Virus record (IMG/VR): IMGVR_UViG_3300023214_000389
DNA length: 64,000 bases
Reading direction: 5' to 3' (one strand)
Source of the DNA: a virus
Lineage: Duplodnaviria; Heunggongvirae; Uroviricota; Caudoviricetes
Part shown: positions 30,639-40,070 of the stretch, piece after piece
Layout of the letters: each line of letters opens with the position of its first letter
How positions within the stretch are numbered: position 1 is the first letter of the stretch
Translations under genes and position numbers: made by a program
Notes under the pieces: model-generated
What the model saw: the letters and a program-made list of their open reading frames with translations, nothing else
The model's database searches: none
Told to the model about the DNA's origin: nothing

Positions 30639-31562
30639 ATGGCACAAAACAGATTTATCAATTTCGGAGATACAGTTTTAGCTAGACGAATAAACGAAAT
30701 CTCTACTGCCATTGTCTCAAAGGGAGTTTTGGAGGGTGGTTCGTTTTCTGTAGGACTAACTAGTAATACTTTGAGAGTTGGGCCCAACAAAGCAATGTTA
30801 GATGAATTACTATTAGTTGAAAATGGAAATACAGATCTAATGTTGGGGTTTGGAACTCCACCAACCTTGCCACAAGACTCTACGGACTGGACAATTGTTT
30901 ACGAACATATAAACCAAAATGTTCAAGGAGGGGTTCCAGCTACAATGTTGGCACTGGAGGGACTATTTGGTTTTGAGGATCTCGAAAACACAACTGTTTT
31001 AGGGTGGGTACGTTATCCGGGTGGAGGAGTTCCATTAAACCCCACAATGTTTGTTGAAGCCCCTAAACTTCAATTAAGCAACCCTACTGAATTCTCATCT
31101 AATGTAAAAGTTCCTCCTTTTGTTCCTAACATATACATTCAATCAGAATCTCCATCCGTAGGCGCTATTAGCGCGTCAGATGAATACGATGTTGTAAATT
31201 TGAAAGCATTTATGGAATTAGAGAATACTGCTGCTGCTATTAATACAATTCAACACTATGTTCCATTTGTAGCTGGAGTTAGGGCCCCTAATAGAATACT
31301 ACTGGAAGCTAGTGTGGATTTGGGGGCGTCAGTTAAAGCTGCTTTGGTTTCTGAAGATGGAACTGTATTTCCTGCTGAAAACGATACTATTACTAATACC
31401 TCTAATGTCTTTGTTTCTAGAGAAATGACAATTGTTAATGTTGATGTTACTAAGTTTCAACAAAACAGACCTTATTTTGTGTCAATAACAACCCAACTTA
31501 ACCCAGGAAAAAGAGCATTCCTATCTATTGTAGGAACCTCTTCTAATTTCCTACCATTTTAG
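30639..31562 (+). CDS. hypothetical protein
   Basis: ORF track starts at 30552 (83-nt overlap); internal ATG at 30639 with GGAG 10 nt upstream gives non-overlapping 307-aa product. Confidence 0.3.
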   Translation: MAQNRFINFGDTVLARRINEISTAIVSKGVLEGGSFSVGLTSNTLRVGPNKAMLDELLLVENGNTDLMLGFGTPPTLPQDSTDWTIVYEHINQNVQGGVPATMLALEGLFGFEDLENTTVLGWVRYPGGGVPLNPTMFVEAPKLQLSNPTEFSSNVKVPPFVPNIYIQSESPSVGAISASDEYDVVNLKAFMELENTAAAINTIQHYVPFVAGVRAPNRILLEASVDLGASVKAALVSEDGTVFPAENDTITNTSNVFVSREMTIVNVDVTKFQQNRPYFVSITTQLNPGKRAFLSIVGTSSNFLPF

Positions 31563-31568
31563 TGAGAT

Positions 31569-32009
31569 ATGTCAACAATTACCGGATTACGAACAGTAGT
31601 AAAATTTTTTAACAACGTTCAACACCCAAGCGGTGGGACAATTGGTGGAAAGCCAAAAATACACAACCATCTAATAACTCGTACCTTAGGCAAATTGGGG
31701 GTCATAGATTCCAAGTGGGATCCCGAAGGTGGGCCAACCCCAGAGGATGGAGAATTTTGGCTTGTAGAAATACTCAAGGAAACTAGCCCAGCTAAGGCTC
31801 AAGGTGTTTTTATACTTAGCCCAATTAGGCCAGTAGAGACAAATGAGGTTCAGCGTCTCGCGCCTGGAATGTATGACGAAGAAGATAAAGAAGGAACAGT
31901 CATAATAACTCCCAGACTGAGAGAAGATTTTTATTGGATGCTCCCACTTTCTCTTAGGAAGGCTATGAATAACGCCAACGCTGTTGTTGTCAAGTATTTA
32001 TGGGACTGA
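31569..32009 (+). CDS. hypothetical protein
   Basis: 146-aa ORF. Confidence 0.3.
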   Translation: MSTITGLRTVVKFFNNVQHPSGGTIGGKPKIHNHLITRTLGKLGVIDSKWDPEGGPTPEDGEFWLVEILKETSPAKAQGVFILSPIRPVETNEVQRLAPGMYDEEDKEGTVIITPRLREDFYWMLPLSLRKAMNNANAVVVKYLWD

Positions 32010-32049
32010 TTACTGTAATTTAATACCTCACCTACCCTAAAGAGTATTC

Positions 32050-35000
32050 ATGGAATCTGGGGTATTATCCTTCGACTGTAAGCAATCTCAATGCCCGGCC
32101 TACGATAGATGTGATTTGGTACCTACCCAAGTCAGGGTCATCAAAGGTACCGAACGCCCAGATGAAGTCATACTTTTCATCGGAGACTCGGTAGGAAAAC
32201 ACGAGTCTGCAAATAGTTTACCGTTTCAGGGCCGAGGCGGAGATCTACTTCGCAAAACCATACGTAAACTAAACGTTAGAAAACTGACTATAGCTTACAC
32301 CTCCATCACTCGCTATTGGCCAAGAAATGAAAATGGCGAAAGGTGTGAACCAGATCCCGAAGCTGTATCTTCCTGCATGACACACTTGCTGCGTGATGTA
32401 GAGCATCTTAAACCTAGCAAAATAGTAGCTCTAGGTTCCAAAGCACTCAAGATTCTGTTTCCCGACGCCCCAGGAATCTTGAAATCACGAGGCAAACATT
32501 TCGACCACCCGCAATTAGGTCAGATCTTTGTAACTTACGATCCTGGGTTAATGCTTAAAAAGCAAAATCTCTTCTATCAGTGGGAAGCAGATTTGCAATT
32601 AATGCTCAGTAGCGACAAACTAGTATCAAAGAGTAATAAATGGTCAAAACCATACGAATGGAGACTTCTTTCTTCTGTAGATGAAATAGAAGAATATGTG
32701 GAAGAGCTTATCAACAACAAAAAACTAAAGATAATTGCTCTAGACACAGAGACAAAAAACCTTAACGCAAGATATGACAATACACTAGGAACTCTTCAAT
32801 TCTCTGAGGACGGTAAAAGGGGCACAGTTATACCCTACCACCACCCCAAAGCGGGATGGTGGCCAGATGAGCTTAAAAGAATAGACAATGCACTGATAAA
32901 GCTTTTCACCACACCTAACCCGCCGTGGAAGTATTGGGTATTCCATAACGCTGGGTTCGATTATAGAATGATATTCAATTTTGCCTTAGGGGTCACAAAT
33001 TTCAATCGACCACTAATGGACACTGGCATGATGGCATATAGCCAGGACGAGAACAGAGGCAAGTCGGGTATAGATAAGCCCTACAGTTTAGATTCTTTGC
33101 TTAGAGACTATCTGAAAGTTGAAAAGTATGAAGACAAAGAAATTGAGCAACTAAAGAAGCAAGGAAAGTTACTAGAAATTGAAATTGATCGACTAGCTAA
33201 ATACGGTGCTAGTGATTCTGTGTACACATTTCGTCTTTTCTTCTATATTCTTGAACGAGCTAAAAGAGAGGGATATAAAGACAAGCTTCTGAAATTGTGT
33301 AAACATTGGTTTGAGCCAGTAAGTAGAATGAATTCCATTATGCAATCCAATGGGTTCTGGGTAGATGAGCACCAACTTAGGGTTCTAGGAAATAATAAAA
33401 CCTCTCCCATAGTAAAGAGAATGGAAGAGATAGAAAAAGGTTGGAGAAGTAACGCTAATGCTATTGAAGCCAATAAACGCTTAGTTGAATCGAGTCTAGG
33501 TGGTAAGATGGCTTCAGCATTTGGGGGAGGAAAAGGCTCCTGGGAATTCAGCATAGACAAAATGGAGCATAAGAGGTGCTTGTTTTTTGATGTTATGAAT
33601 CTAGAGCCTCTGGATTACGGAAAGGGCACCAGAATTCCTTTGGTAGAGGCCCCGGAAGGAAAAGAGGTAGCACCCACACCCGTAGGTAAATTGGATAGGG
33701 CTTTTCAAGATAGATATAGTGATCTAGAGGAAGTAGCTTTGTATCATGAGTGGCAGGGATTAAAGAAGCTAAAAACTTCATATGTCACTAGCATTGAATC
33801 ATTCCTAGACCCAAGAAACGGAAAAGAAGGTGCCAAGGATAGTCGCGTGCGTCCTACTTTCTGGGTAACTACAACCGACACCGGAAGATCTTCCTGCACC
33901 AACCCCAACCTACAACAGGTCCCTAGAGCAGATAACTGGGCTAAAAAAGAAATCAAAAACATGTTCGCTGCGGAGCCTGGGTGTGCTTTGATTCAGCTAG
34001 ACTTCATGACATCAGAGGTGCGTTGGTGGGGAATTCTTGCTCAGTGTCCAGCCCTAGCAAAGGCGTTTGAGAACGGAAAAATAGCTAGGGAGGATTACAA
34101 GACCCAAAGTGAGAATTACTCAAGAAAGCACCCTAAGCTGAGGTATGAGGTAGTTATGGCTGCTGAGAAGATGATTACAGATAAGTTTGAGATGAAGAAA
34201 AACAGTGAATTAAACGAACTTAAAGGAAAATTCCCTACAAAGGCACTAAAACTAGCTTACCGTTTAATGAAAAATGATATTGAGTTTTTTAATTTGATCA
34301 AGACCAAAGTCTGGTCCAGTGTTGCTGGAGACCTCCATAAAAACACCGCTAGTCAGATGTATAGTGTACCTCTGCTAGAAGTTAACAAATCCATGCGTAA
34401 CGATACAAAAGCTATTGTATTTGGTACTATGTTTGGTCGAGGACCTAAAGCTATTGCGCAACAGCTAAAAATTGCAGACATAAACGATGTACAACAAAAA
34501 ATTAGAAACTTCTTTGACCAGTTTCCAGACGCGGAAGCTTGGATGTACGATTCTGAGAAATTTGGAGAACGAAATGCTTATGTGGAGAGCCCCATAGGTC
34601 GTCGTAGACGTTTGTTAACTTTTCAGATGGGGTTTGGAGACGAAGGAGAGATTGCTAGAGCCAAAAGGATCGCAAGAAATTCTCCCATCCAGGGTATATC
34701 CTCGGATGGCGCCTTCTTAGGTGCGTCCATGTTCTCAGAGTGGCTGATCGAGGAAGGTAAATGGCATGTCCACCCGGACAAAAAATGTTGGCTCCTTCAA
34801 GATGTGGTTCACGACTCCTTGGTACTTCAGGTTCCGATTGAAGATGTGCCGGAAGCGCTACAGGCAGTCGAACCCTTTTTTTCCACCAAGCTCATGGAGC
34901 GAATGGAAAATGTATGGGACATAAATTTTAACATAGAACTCGAAGTTGATTTCGAAATAGGTCTTAAATGGGGAGATCTGGTGAGCTGGGACGGAACCAA

Positions 35001-35070
35001 TCTACACTTAGATTACCTTATGAATCAGTTACGTAAGCAAGAATCAGAAAGACAAAATAAGGCAGCTTAA
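32050..35070 (+). CDS. family A DNA polymerase with 3'-5' proofreading domain and N-terminal family-4 UDG-like domain
   Basis: UDG-like: 'C..C...C' cluster then 'FIGDSVGKHESANSLPFQGRGGDLL' (cf. GEaPG..E...G.PF.G.AG.LL); exo motifs 'LDTETKNL', 'HNAGFDY', 'YGASDSVY'; pol motifs 'TDTGRSSCTNPNLQQVP', 'LDFMTSEVRW' (motif A), 'RNDTKAIVFGTMFG' (motif B), 'VHDSLVLQVP' (motif C). Confidence 0.85.
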   Translation: MESGVLSFDCKQSQCPAYDRCDLVPTQVRVIKGTERPDEVILFIGDSVGKHESANSLPFQGRGGDLLRKTIRKLNVRKLTIAYTSITRYWPRNENGERCEPDPEAVSSCMTHLLRDVEHLKPSKIVALGSKALKILFPDAPGILKSRGKHFDHPQLGQIFVTYDPGLMLKKQNLFYQWEADLQLMLSSDKLVSKSNKWSKPYEWRLLSSVDEIEEYVEELINNKKLKIIALDTETKNLNARYDNTLGTLQFSEDGKRGTVIPYHHPKAGWWPDELKRIDNALIKLFTTPNPPWKYWVFHNAGFDYRMIFNFALGVTNFNRPLMDTGMMAYSQDENRGKSGIDKPYSLDSLLRDYLKVEKYEDKEIEQLKKQGKLLEIEIDRLAKYGASDSVYTFRLFFYILERAKREGYKDKLLKLCKHWFEPVSRMNSIMQSNGFWVDEHQLRVLGNNKTSPIVKRMEEIEKGWRSNANAIEANKRLVESSLGGKMASAFGGGKGSWEFSIDKMEHKRCLFFDVMNLEPLDYGKGTRIPLVEAPEGKEVAPTPVGKLDRAFQDRYSDLEEVALYHEWQGLKKLKTSYVTSIESFLDPRNGKEGAKDSRVRPTFWVTTTDTGRSSCTNPNLQQVPRADNWAKKEIKNMFAAEPGCALIQLDFMTSEVRWWGILAQCPALAKAFENGKIAREDYKTQSENYSRKHPKLRYEVVMAAEKMITDKFEMKKNSELNELKGKFPTKALKLAYRLMKNDIEFFNLIKTKVWSSVAGDLHKNTASQMYSVPLLEVNKSMRNDTKAIVFGTMFGRGPKAIAQQLKIADINDVQQKIRNFFDQFPDAEAWMYDSEKFGERNAYVESPIGRRRRLLTFQMGFGDEGEIARAKRIARNSPIQGISSDGAFLGASMFSEWLIEEGKWHVHPDKKCWLLQDVVHDSLVLQVPIEDVPEALQAVEPFFSTKLMERMENVWDINFNIELEVDFEIGLKWGDLVSWDGTNLHLDYLMNQLRKQESERQNKAA

Positions 35071-35237
35071 TGAGATTGTTCTGGTGGATAATCGGAACCA
35101 TAGGAACCGTTTTCCACGGTACTTTCTTCCTATTTTGTATTTTTGAAGGTATGTGGAAAGAATCCTTCCCCTTCGGCCTCTTTTTAGCTTGTTGTGTGTT
35201 CACACTCTGGAAGTATAGACTAAAGGGGACATCATGA
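35070..35237 (+). CDS. small hydrophobic (two-TM) protein, not in ORF track
   Basis: ATG overlaps polymerase stop (TAATG) and its stop overlaps next gene's ATG; translation 'MRLFWWIIGTIGTVFHGTFFLFCIFEGMWKESFPFGLFLACCVFTLWKYRLKGTS'. Confidence 0.3.
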   Translation: MRLFWWIIGTIGTVFHGTFFLFCIFEGMWKESFPFGLFLACCVFTLWKYRLKGTS

Positions 35238-35725
35238 GCAGATTCGTATATCTAGTAGGACCTATCACTGGGACCAGTTGGGTGGAAACTACTAACTGGA
35301 GAGAATATGCCAGAGATAGATTCAATCCAGGGATTGTAGGTCTTTCCCCCCTACGTGGGAAAGATTACCTTCAGCATGAAACATCCCTTGCTGACTCCTA
35401 TAAACAGCATGTTCTCAGCACCACCAGGGGCATTATGGTACGAGACGAATTCGACTGCCGCAATGCGGATGTGATTCTCGCCAATTTTTTGGGTGCAACA
35501 AGGGTTTCCATCGGATCTGTCATGGAAATCGCCTGGGCCTACATGTCCAAAAAACCAATCATTACTGTGATGGAGGCTGGAGGAGAAGACTTCACTGGTA
35601 AGAAGCTCTCTACCGGAAACTGTCACGAACACGCTATGCTGAACGAAGCTACTTCCTACAAAGTAGATACCCTAGACGCGGGAATTTTTGTAGTAAACTC
35701 AATACTGACTGGATATACCGAATGA
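35234..35725 (+). CDS. nucleoside 2-deoxyribosyltransferase-like / dNMP N-glycosidase (Rcl/DNPH1)-like protein
   Basis: 163 aa; 'VYLVGPITG' N-terminus and 'IGSVMEIAWAYMSKKPII' match Nuc_deoxyrib_tr fold signature (YLAGP...GTafElGyA.a.gKPv) including the conserved Glu. Confidence 0.5.
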   Translation: MSRFVYLVGPITGTSWVETTNWREYARDRFNPGIVGLSPLRGKDYLQHETSLADSYKQHVLSTTRGIMVRDEFDCRNADVILANFLGATRVSIGSVMEIAWAYMSKKPIITVMEAGGEDFTGKKLSTGNCHEHAMLNEATSYKVDTLDAGIFVVNSILTGYTE

Positions 35726-36642
35726 GCAATCGCAAGGCCGAAAATGTAGAAGTTGGTGAGGAACTCCGATGGAAGAACTTCCCGGTAGGGTCCGGGGGAT
35801 CTATTTGTCTAGTGGATTGGATGGGAGAAGACTATTCCATTGTAGAGGCTGCCAGAGTATCCTATGGTGAAGGAACCAGACATGTGTCTGATGATCGCAC
35901 TTTGATTAGATATCTTATGAGGCATTCTCACAGCACCCCACTAGAAATGGCAGAGCTAAAGTTTCGTATCCGGGTTCCGATGGATGTATGGAGACAGTGG
36001 ATAAGACATAGAACAGCCTCGGTAAACGAGTATTCGACGCGATATTCTGTAGCTATTGATGAATGTGTAACTACTTTGCCTGGAGAATGGAGATTACAGG
36101 CTAAGCACAATAAACAAGGCTCAGACGGGTACCTACCTATCACAGAAGGGGGAGAAATGCTTTCCTCCCGTGAGGCAGATTTTCACAAACAGGCCCGTGA
36201 GCTTTATGATGAAAGATTGGAATATGGTGTAGCTCGCGAACAAGCTAGAAAGGATCTTCCCCTCTCCAATTACACAGAGGCATTTTGGAAAATCGATCTA
36301 CACAATCTTTTTCATTTTTTGAGACTTCGAATGGATTCCCACTCTCAAAAAGAAATTAGAGATTTTGCCACTATTATCGGAGAAGAAATTGTCTCTAAGT
36401 TGTTTCCGGTATCCTGGGAAGCTTTTGTAGATTATAAACTTGAATCCTTGAATCTTACTAGATTAGATATTGAAGTAATTCGAAAAATAATGGTCTTATC
36501 GAATACGAATCGTACAGATACTTTGGAAGATCACTTCAATAACTCTCAACCTGAAGAATGGGCAAATCTAACGAGATGTCGTGAACGAGACGAGTGCAGA
36601 AATAAACTAAAAATTCTCGGGGTATTGACTAATGGCGAGTAA
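35722..36642 (+). CDS. thyX: flavin-dependent thymidylate synthase ThyX
   Basis: 306 aa; canonical ThyX signature 'RHRTASVNEYSTRYS' (RHR-x7-S.RY). Confidence 0.85.
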   Translation: MSNRKAENVEVGEELRWKNFPVGSGGSICLVDWMGEDYSIVEAARVSYGEGTRHVSDDRTLIRYLMRHSHSTPLEMAELKFRIRVPMDVWRQWIRHRTASVNEYSTRYSVAIDECVTTLPGEWRLQAKHNKQGSDGYLPITEGGEMLSSREADFHKQARELYDERLEYGVAREQARKDLPLSNYTEAFWKIDLHNLFHFLRLRMDSHSQKEIRDFATIIGEEIVSKLFPVSWEAFVDYKLESLNLTRLDIEVIRKIMVLSNTNRTDTLEDHFNNSQPEEWANLTRCRERDECRNKLKILGVLTNGE

Positions 36643-36823
36643 ATTGGTAAAGTACGAAGCAAAGGATGGGTTTCGTTGGAGATTTGTAGCCTCCAATGGA
36701 AAAATCATAGCAGAAGGCGGAGAAGCGTATTCCAGCAAGTTCTCTCTAAACAGAGCTGTAAAAACAGTTGTTTCTGAACTTTCCGGGGACTTCTTGGAAG
36801 AAGAAAAGTACGATGTCTCCTAG
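36632..36823 (+). CDS. DUF1508 (YegP-like) domain protein
   Basis: 63 aa; 'KDGFRWRFVASNGKIIAEGGEAYSSK' matches YegP/DUF1508 repeat (G.wrwrL.a.NGe.ia.se.Y.sk). Confidence 0.5.
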   Translation: MASKLVKYEAKDGFRWRFVASNGKIIAEGGEAYSSKFSLNRAVKTVVSELSGDFLEEEKYDVS

Positions 36824-37199
36824 ATTTTTAATGGGTGAAGAAGAAGCTAATAAAGCACTCGCTGATACTTTACATTACAAACTATATGACTTAAGGGAAA
36901 GTAAAGCAATAGGAAAAATACATCTACCTACACCAGAAGAAGGTGGGGTAGTTTTACTCATGGTAAATGAAAGGGATTACATTGAATTATACCAACAGCT
37001 AGTTGATCTATGTTTTTATGAAGGTGCTGAATGGATGACAGCAAAAATCACCAGGGCACAAGAGCAAAGCGCGGAATCAACTAGCGATCTAATTCCTTTA
37101 GCAAATTACATATTGATCGCACACATGAATTTAGTAAAAGAAGATACTTATGACTTTTTAAGAAGGTTGACACATTTGCAGGAATGGTTACCAAACTGA
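36813..37199 (+). CDS. hypothetical protein
   Basis: ORF track starts at 36768 (TTG-type); ATG at 36813 (MSPRFLMGEEE...) gives short overlap with upstream stop. Confidence 0.3.
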   Translation: MSPRFLMGEEEANKALADTLHYKLYDLRESKAIGKIHLPTPEEGGVVLLMVNERDYIELYQQLVDLCFYEGAEWMTAKITRAQEQSAESTSDLIPLANYILIAHMNLVKEDTYDFLRRLTHLQEWLPN

Positions 37200-37292
37200 T
37201 CTTTCCAGTAAGACTGGTTGTCTTTCTGGGTAGAAAGAGGACATTAAGTCCATAACTTAACAAGGCTGAATGCCATAAAATAGGAGAAAGAG

Positions 37293-38069
37293 ATGCGCTC
37301 TTTCATTATTTTGCTGATTGCTGTAGCGGGGATGGTCCTCGCATCACCGTCTTACGCCATTTTTGATGGCGGAGATGACAACTCCACCAATAGCACCGCC
37401 CAGGCTACTGGGGTAGGCGTGGGTGTTGCTGGTTCGGACGCAGCGGCGAATGCTGGTGTGTCTAAATCTGGCAATAGTGCCAATCTCAACAAGAACAAAA
37501 ACACTGCTGTTTCTGGTTCCGGTGTTTTTGGGTCTGGTAATAGCAAGTCTACTGCTATTAACGGCCCGAACACCGCTGTTACTGGTCCATCTATTTCAGA
37601 TGCCTCTGCTTTCTCGGGGGTTGATTTCGAAGACGCCAGTTTCGGAAATAGCCGAAACGAAAACACCCTTGTAGGCAAGCAGAGTCAACATCAGGGGCAA
37701 AGTCAGAATCAAGGTCAGGTTACTGACACAGATCAGAAGAATAAGCAGGAAACCGATCTAAGTGTAGATGCATCCGATAGGTCTACCACTCTAGTGCAGG
37801 ATACTCGCGATCCTGTTGCTTCGGCTGCTCCTGTTTTTGCTTCTGCTTGTTCGGCTGGAGTTTCTGCCCAAAGCTACGGCTTTGGTGGTGCTCTAGCTAG
37901 TACCAATCCCATGTGTGATCTTGCCCTTGCGGTCGAGCTTGCTTTGAAGGTTGGTAACACCGAGCTTGCTAATGAGCTAACCGAGCGTGCGGCTTCTTTC
38001 TCTAAGAACCGCACGAACCCGGTTCGAGTATATGGCCAGTGGATTCCTTTCTTCGGACAGCTATTCTAG
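37293..38069 (+). CDS. secreted low-complexity Gly/Ser/Asn/Thr-rich protein ending in aromatic residue
   Basis: 258 aa; signal peptide 'MRSFIILLIAVAGMVLASPSYA'; many NST/NSA sequons and SG repeats; C-terminal '...GQWIPFFGQLF'; higher GC than flanks; GGAG RBS upstream. Confidence 0.45.
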   Translation: MRSFIILLIAVAGMVLASPSYAIFDGGDDNSTNSTAQATGVGVGVAGSDAAANAGVSKSGNSANLNKNKNTAVSGSGVFGSGNSKSTAINGPNTAVTGPSISDASAFSGVDFEDASFGNSRNENTLVGKQSQHQGQSQNQGQVTDTDQKNKQETDLSVDASDRSTTLVQDTRDPVASAAPVFASACSAGVSAQSYGFGGALASTNPMCDLALAVELALKVGNTELANELTERAASFSKNRTNPVRVYGQWIPFFGQLF

Positions 38070-38088
38070 TAGCTATTGAGGAATGTTG

Positions 38089-38112
38089 GGGCGGGGTTTA
38101 TCCCCGCCCCCT
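38089..38112 (+). other. GC-rich stem-loop (GGGGCGGGG-TTTAT-CCCCGCCCC) without U-tract
   Basis: perfect 9-bp inverted repeat between secreted-protein gene and OmpA-like gene; followed by AAGGAG RBS and ATG at 38132. Confidence 0.4.
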
Positions 38113-38131
38113 TGGACAAAAGGAGTCTACT

Positions 38132-38809
38132 ATGCAAAAAAATAGATCTGTTTTCTGGATTCTACTGATCGTAGCTTTCCTGCTTGCTTGGGGCGGCAAA
38201 TCTACCGCTGATACCAAGGTTCATGGTTTTAATATCCCAACGGCAGAAAGTTCCACGGATCCGCATATCGCGGTGTGCGGAGCTACCTCTTCTGGGACTA
38301 TTGAGGGGGGAGTTCAAGGGCGTCTCGCTGATCGTCGCATGTCTGGTACAGACAGCCGAACGTATGGCGTAGCGTACTGCTTTCCTGCACAAAGAGTCTC
38401 CGGTCCTAGGGAAGTATCCGTACCGGATCCGGTGACCGAAGCTATCGAAGTTGTAGAACACAAACTGGTAACCTTTTTTGATCACGACTCTGCGGATTTC
38501 TCAGATCTAAAAGCAGAGGAGGCAATTAAGGTTATTGTTGATTGGTTACGGACTACGCCAAGTGCTGGTCTCGTAGTCAAAGGGCATACGGATTCAACCG
38601 GAGATCCCGACTACAATATGGCTTTATCAGTTCAGCGTGCTGAAACTGTTAAAATGTTGTTTGTAGAAGCTGGAGTTTCACCCGATCGTATCAAATCTGT
38701 TGGATATGGTGAGACATCTCTATTAGTAAATGTACTAGGGAGAAACCAAGAAAATCGCCGAGTTGAAATCGAAGTTTTCCAGATTGAAGAAGTTCTTGTT
38801 CAAGAGTAA
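38132..38809 (+). CDS. OmpA-family peptidoglycan-binding protein with N-terminal signal/TM segment
   Basis: start moved from track's 38039 to ATG 38132 (AAGGAG 6 nt upstream; the region upstream contains a hairpin); C-terminal 'VVKGHTDSTGDPDYNMALSVQRAETVKMLF...GYGETSLLV...NRRVEIEV' is the OmpA_C signature. Confidence 0.6.
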   Translation: MQKNRSVFWILLIVAFLLAWGGKSTADTKVHGFNIPTAESSTDPHIAVCGATSSGTIEGGVQGRLADRRMSGTDSRTYGVAYCFPAQRVSGPREVSVPDPVTEAIEVVEHKLVTFFDHDSADFSDLKAEEAIKVIVDWLRTTPSAGLVVKGHTDSTGDPDYNMALSVQRAETVKMLFVEAGVSPDRIKSVGYGETSLLVNVLGRNQENRRVEIEVFQIEEVLVQE

Positions 38810-38818
38810 AGGAAGTAA

Positions 38819-38851
38819 GGGAGGGGCTTAAATGCCCCTCCCTTAGGTTTT
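38819..38851 (+). terminator. rho-independent terminator
   Basis: GGGAGGGGC-TTAAAT-GCCCCTCCC stem-loop followed by TTAGGTTTT, 10 nt after OmpA-like stop. Confidence 0.55.
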
Positions 38852-38861
38852 GGAGACTACT

Positions 38862-40007
38862 TTGAAGAAAGTGCTCGTAACATCTTGCCCATCGCTTCAC
38901 AATGTTGTTCAACTAGAACCTACCCTAGAAGCGATATATTACGAACATTTTCCTTGCGAATTAACCCTCCGAACATGGGAAGGTTACATTCCATTTTTTG
39001 AAAACCATCCTTTGATAGAAAATGTAATTACCAAAGACTCCAAAATCGATTTTATTCCCGAAGTAGAAATAATAGAAATATCAGATCTAGAATCGTGGGA
39101 CGCACCAGTAGCAACTGTAGATAAATTTGCTATATCCGCCAAAGTACAACTTCTACGTAAAACTCCAAAGATTTTCTTAAACCCTTTCCCTCCCGATAGA
39201 AACATAGTTGTCCAAGCTGATGTCCCTCACTTGTTAGATTCTTGGCATTTTCCAAATAATATAAAATCTTTCAAAGAAATCCCGATTGTAAGGCTTGAGC
39301 AACCTAAAAACAATGATTATCTAAGACTTCAATTAACGGTTTTAGCTTCTTCAGCTTTGGTGGTAGGTCCTGACAGTTGGATGACTCAAGCGGCAGCAGC
39401 ATTAGACGCCCGAGTAGTGATGGGCTTAGACTCTCCGCATAAAGAACCATTACGCGCCCCTATAAATGTTACTGTATCTAACAAAGATAAAGATAGCATT
39501 TTCAATACAGTGCAGGATGTTTTATATGAAAAACGATATCCAGATTTTCTAAACTGCGGTAACGCGGCTGAATTCATAAAAAACAAAGCTAAGATGTACA
39601 TGAAGTCAAATTTTATTGATGTGGGGTGCAGTAACTGGCCTATACCAAATGGAATTCCTGTTGATACGCACAATAGAGAAATTATAGAAAAAGCTCCTGA
39701 TAATTATTTTTCAGGAGTTTTTTCCTCACATTGCTTAGAACACATCCGAGATTGGAAGAAAGAGTTAAAATTATGGCATAGGGTTACCAGAAATGGAGGA
39801 TACATATTCATGTATCTACCTCACCCCCGTGCAGAAGTTTGGCATGCTTTTACCGGATCCTGGGTAGGTGACAACCATGTCTGGAATCCAGAACCTGTTA
39901 CTTTGGTAAAGTTCCTTAAAGAAGAATTAGGGATGAACATAATCGAATATACTTCTCGACGAGATTCTTTGTGGAGTTACTACATAATAGCGAGAAAATA
40001 TGACTAG
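38862..40007 (+). CDS. GT9 heptosyltransferase-like domain fused to class I SAM-dependent methyltransferase-like domain
   Basis: GT9 N-terminal motif 'KVLVTSCPSLHNVVQLEPTLEAIYYEHFPCEL' and 'LVVGPDSWMTQAAAALDARVVMGL' (cf. DSGpmHlAaAlg.P.v.lfG); MTase motifs 'IDVGCSNWP' and 'SSHCLEHIRDWKKELKLWHRVTRNGGYIF'; start chosen at TTG 38862 (GGAG 6 nt upstream) because track start 38850 lies in the terminator T-tract; GTG 38871 also possible. Confidence 0.5.
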   Translation: MKKVLVTSCPSLHNVVQLEPTLEAIYYEHFPCELTLRTWEGYIPFFENHPLIENVITKDSKIDFIPEVEIIEISDLESWDAPVATVDKFAISAKVQLLRKTPKIFLNPFPPDRNIVVQADVPHLLDSWHFPNNIKSFKEIPIVRLEQPKNNDYLRLQLTVLASSALVVGPDSWMTQAAAALDARVVMGLDSPHKEPLRAPINVTVSNKDKDSIFNTVQDVLYEKRYPDFLNCGNAAEFIKNKAKMYMKSNFIDVGCSNWPIPNGIPVDTHNREIIEKAPDNYFSGVFSSHCLEHIRDWKKELKLWHRVTRNGGYIFMYLPHPRAEVWHAFTGSWVGDNHVWNPEPVTLVKFLKEELGMNIIEYTSRRDSLWSYYIIARKYD

Positions 40008-40070
40008 AAATGGGTCGTTGCTGCTATTCCATAGAGGGACGAAACTTACAAGAAGCAGTGGAATTTTAAT

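Noticed and set aside
38039-38131. ORF-track start of the OmpA-like gene at 38039
   Set aside because: Overlaps the upstream gene and contains a strong hairpin; internal ATG 38132 with AAGGAG is far more plausible
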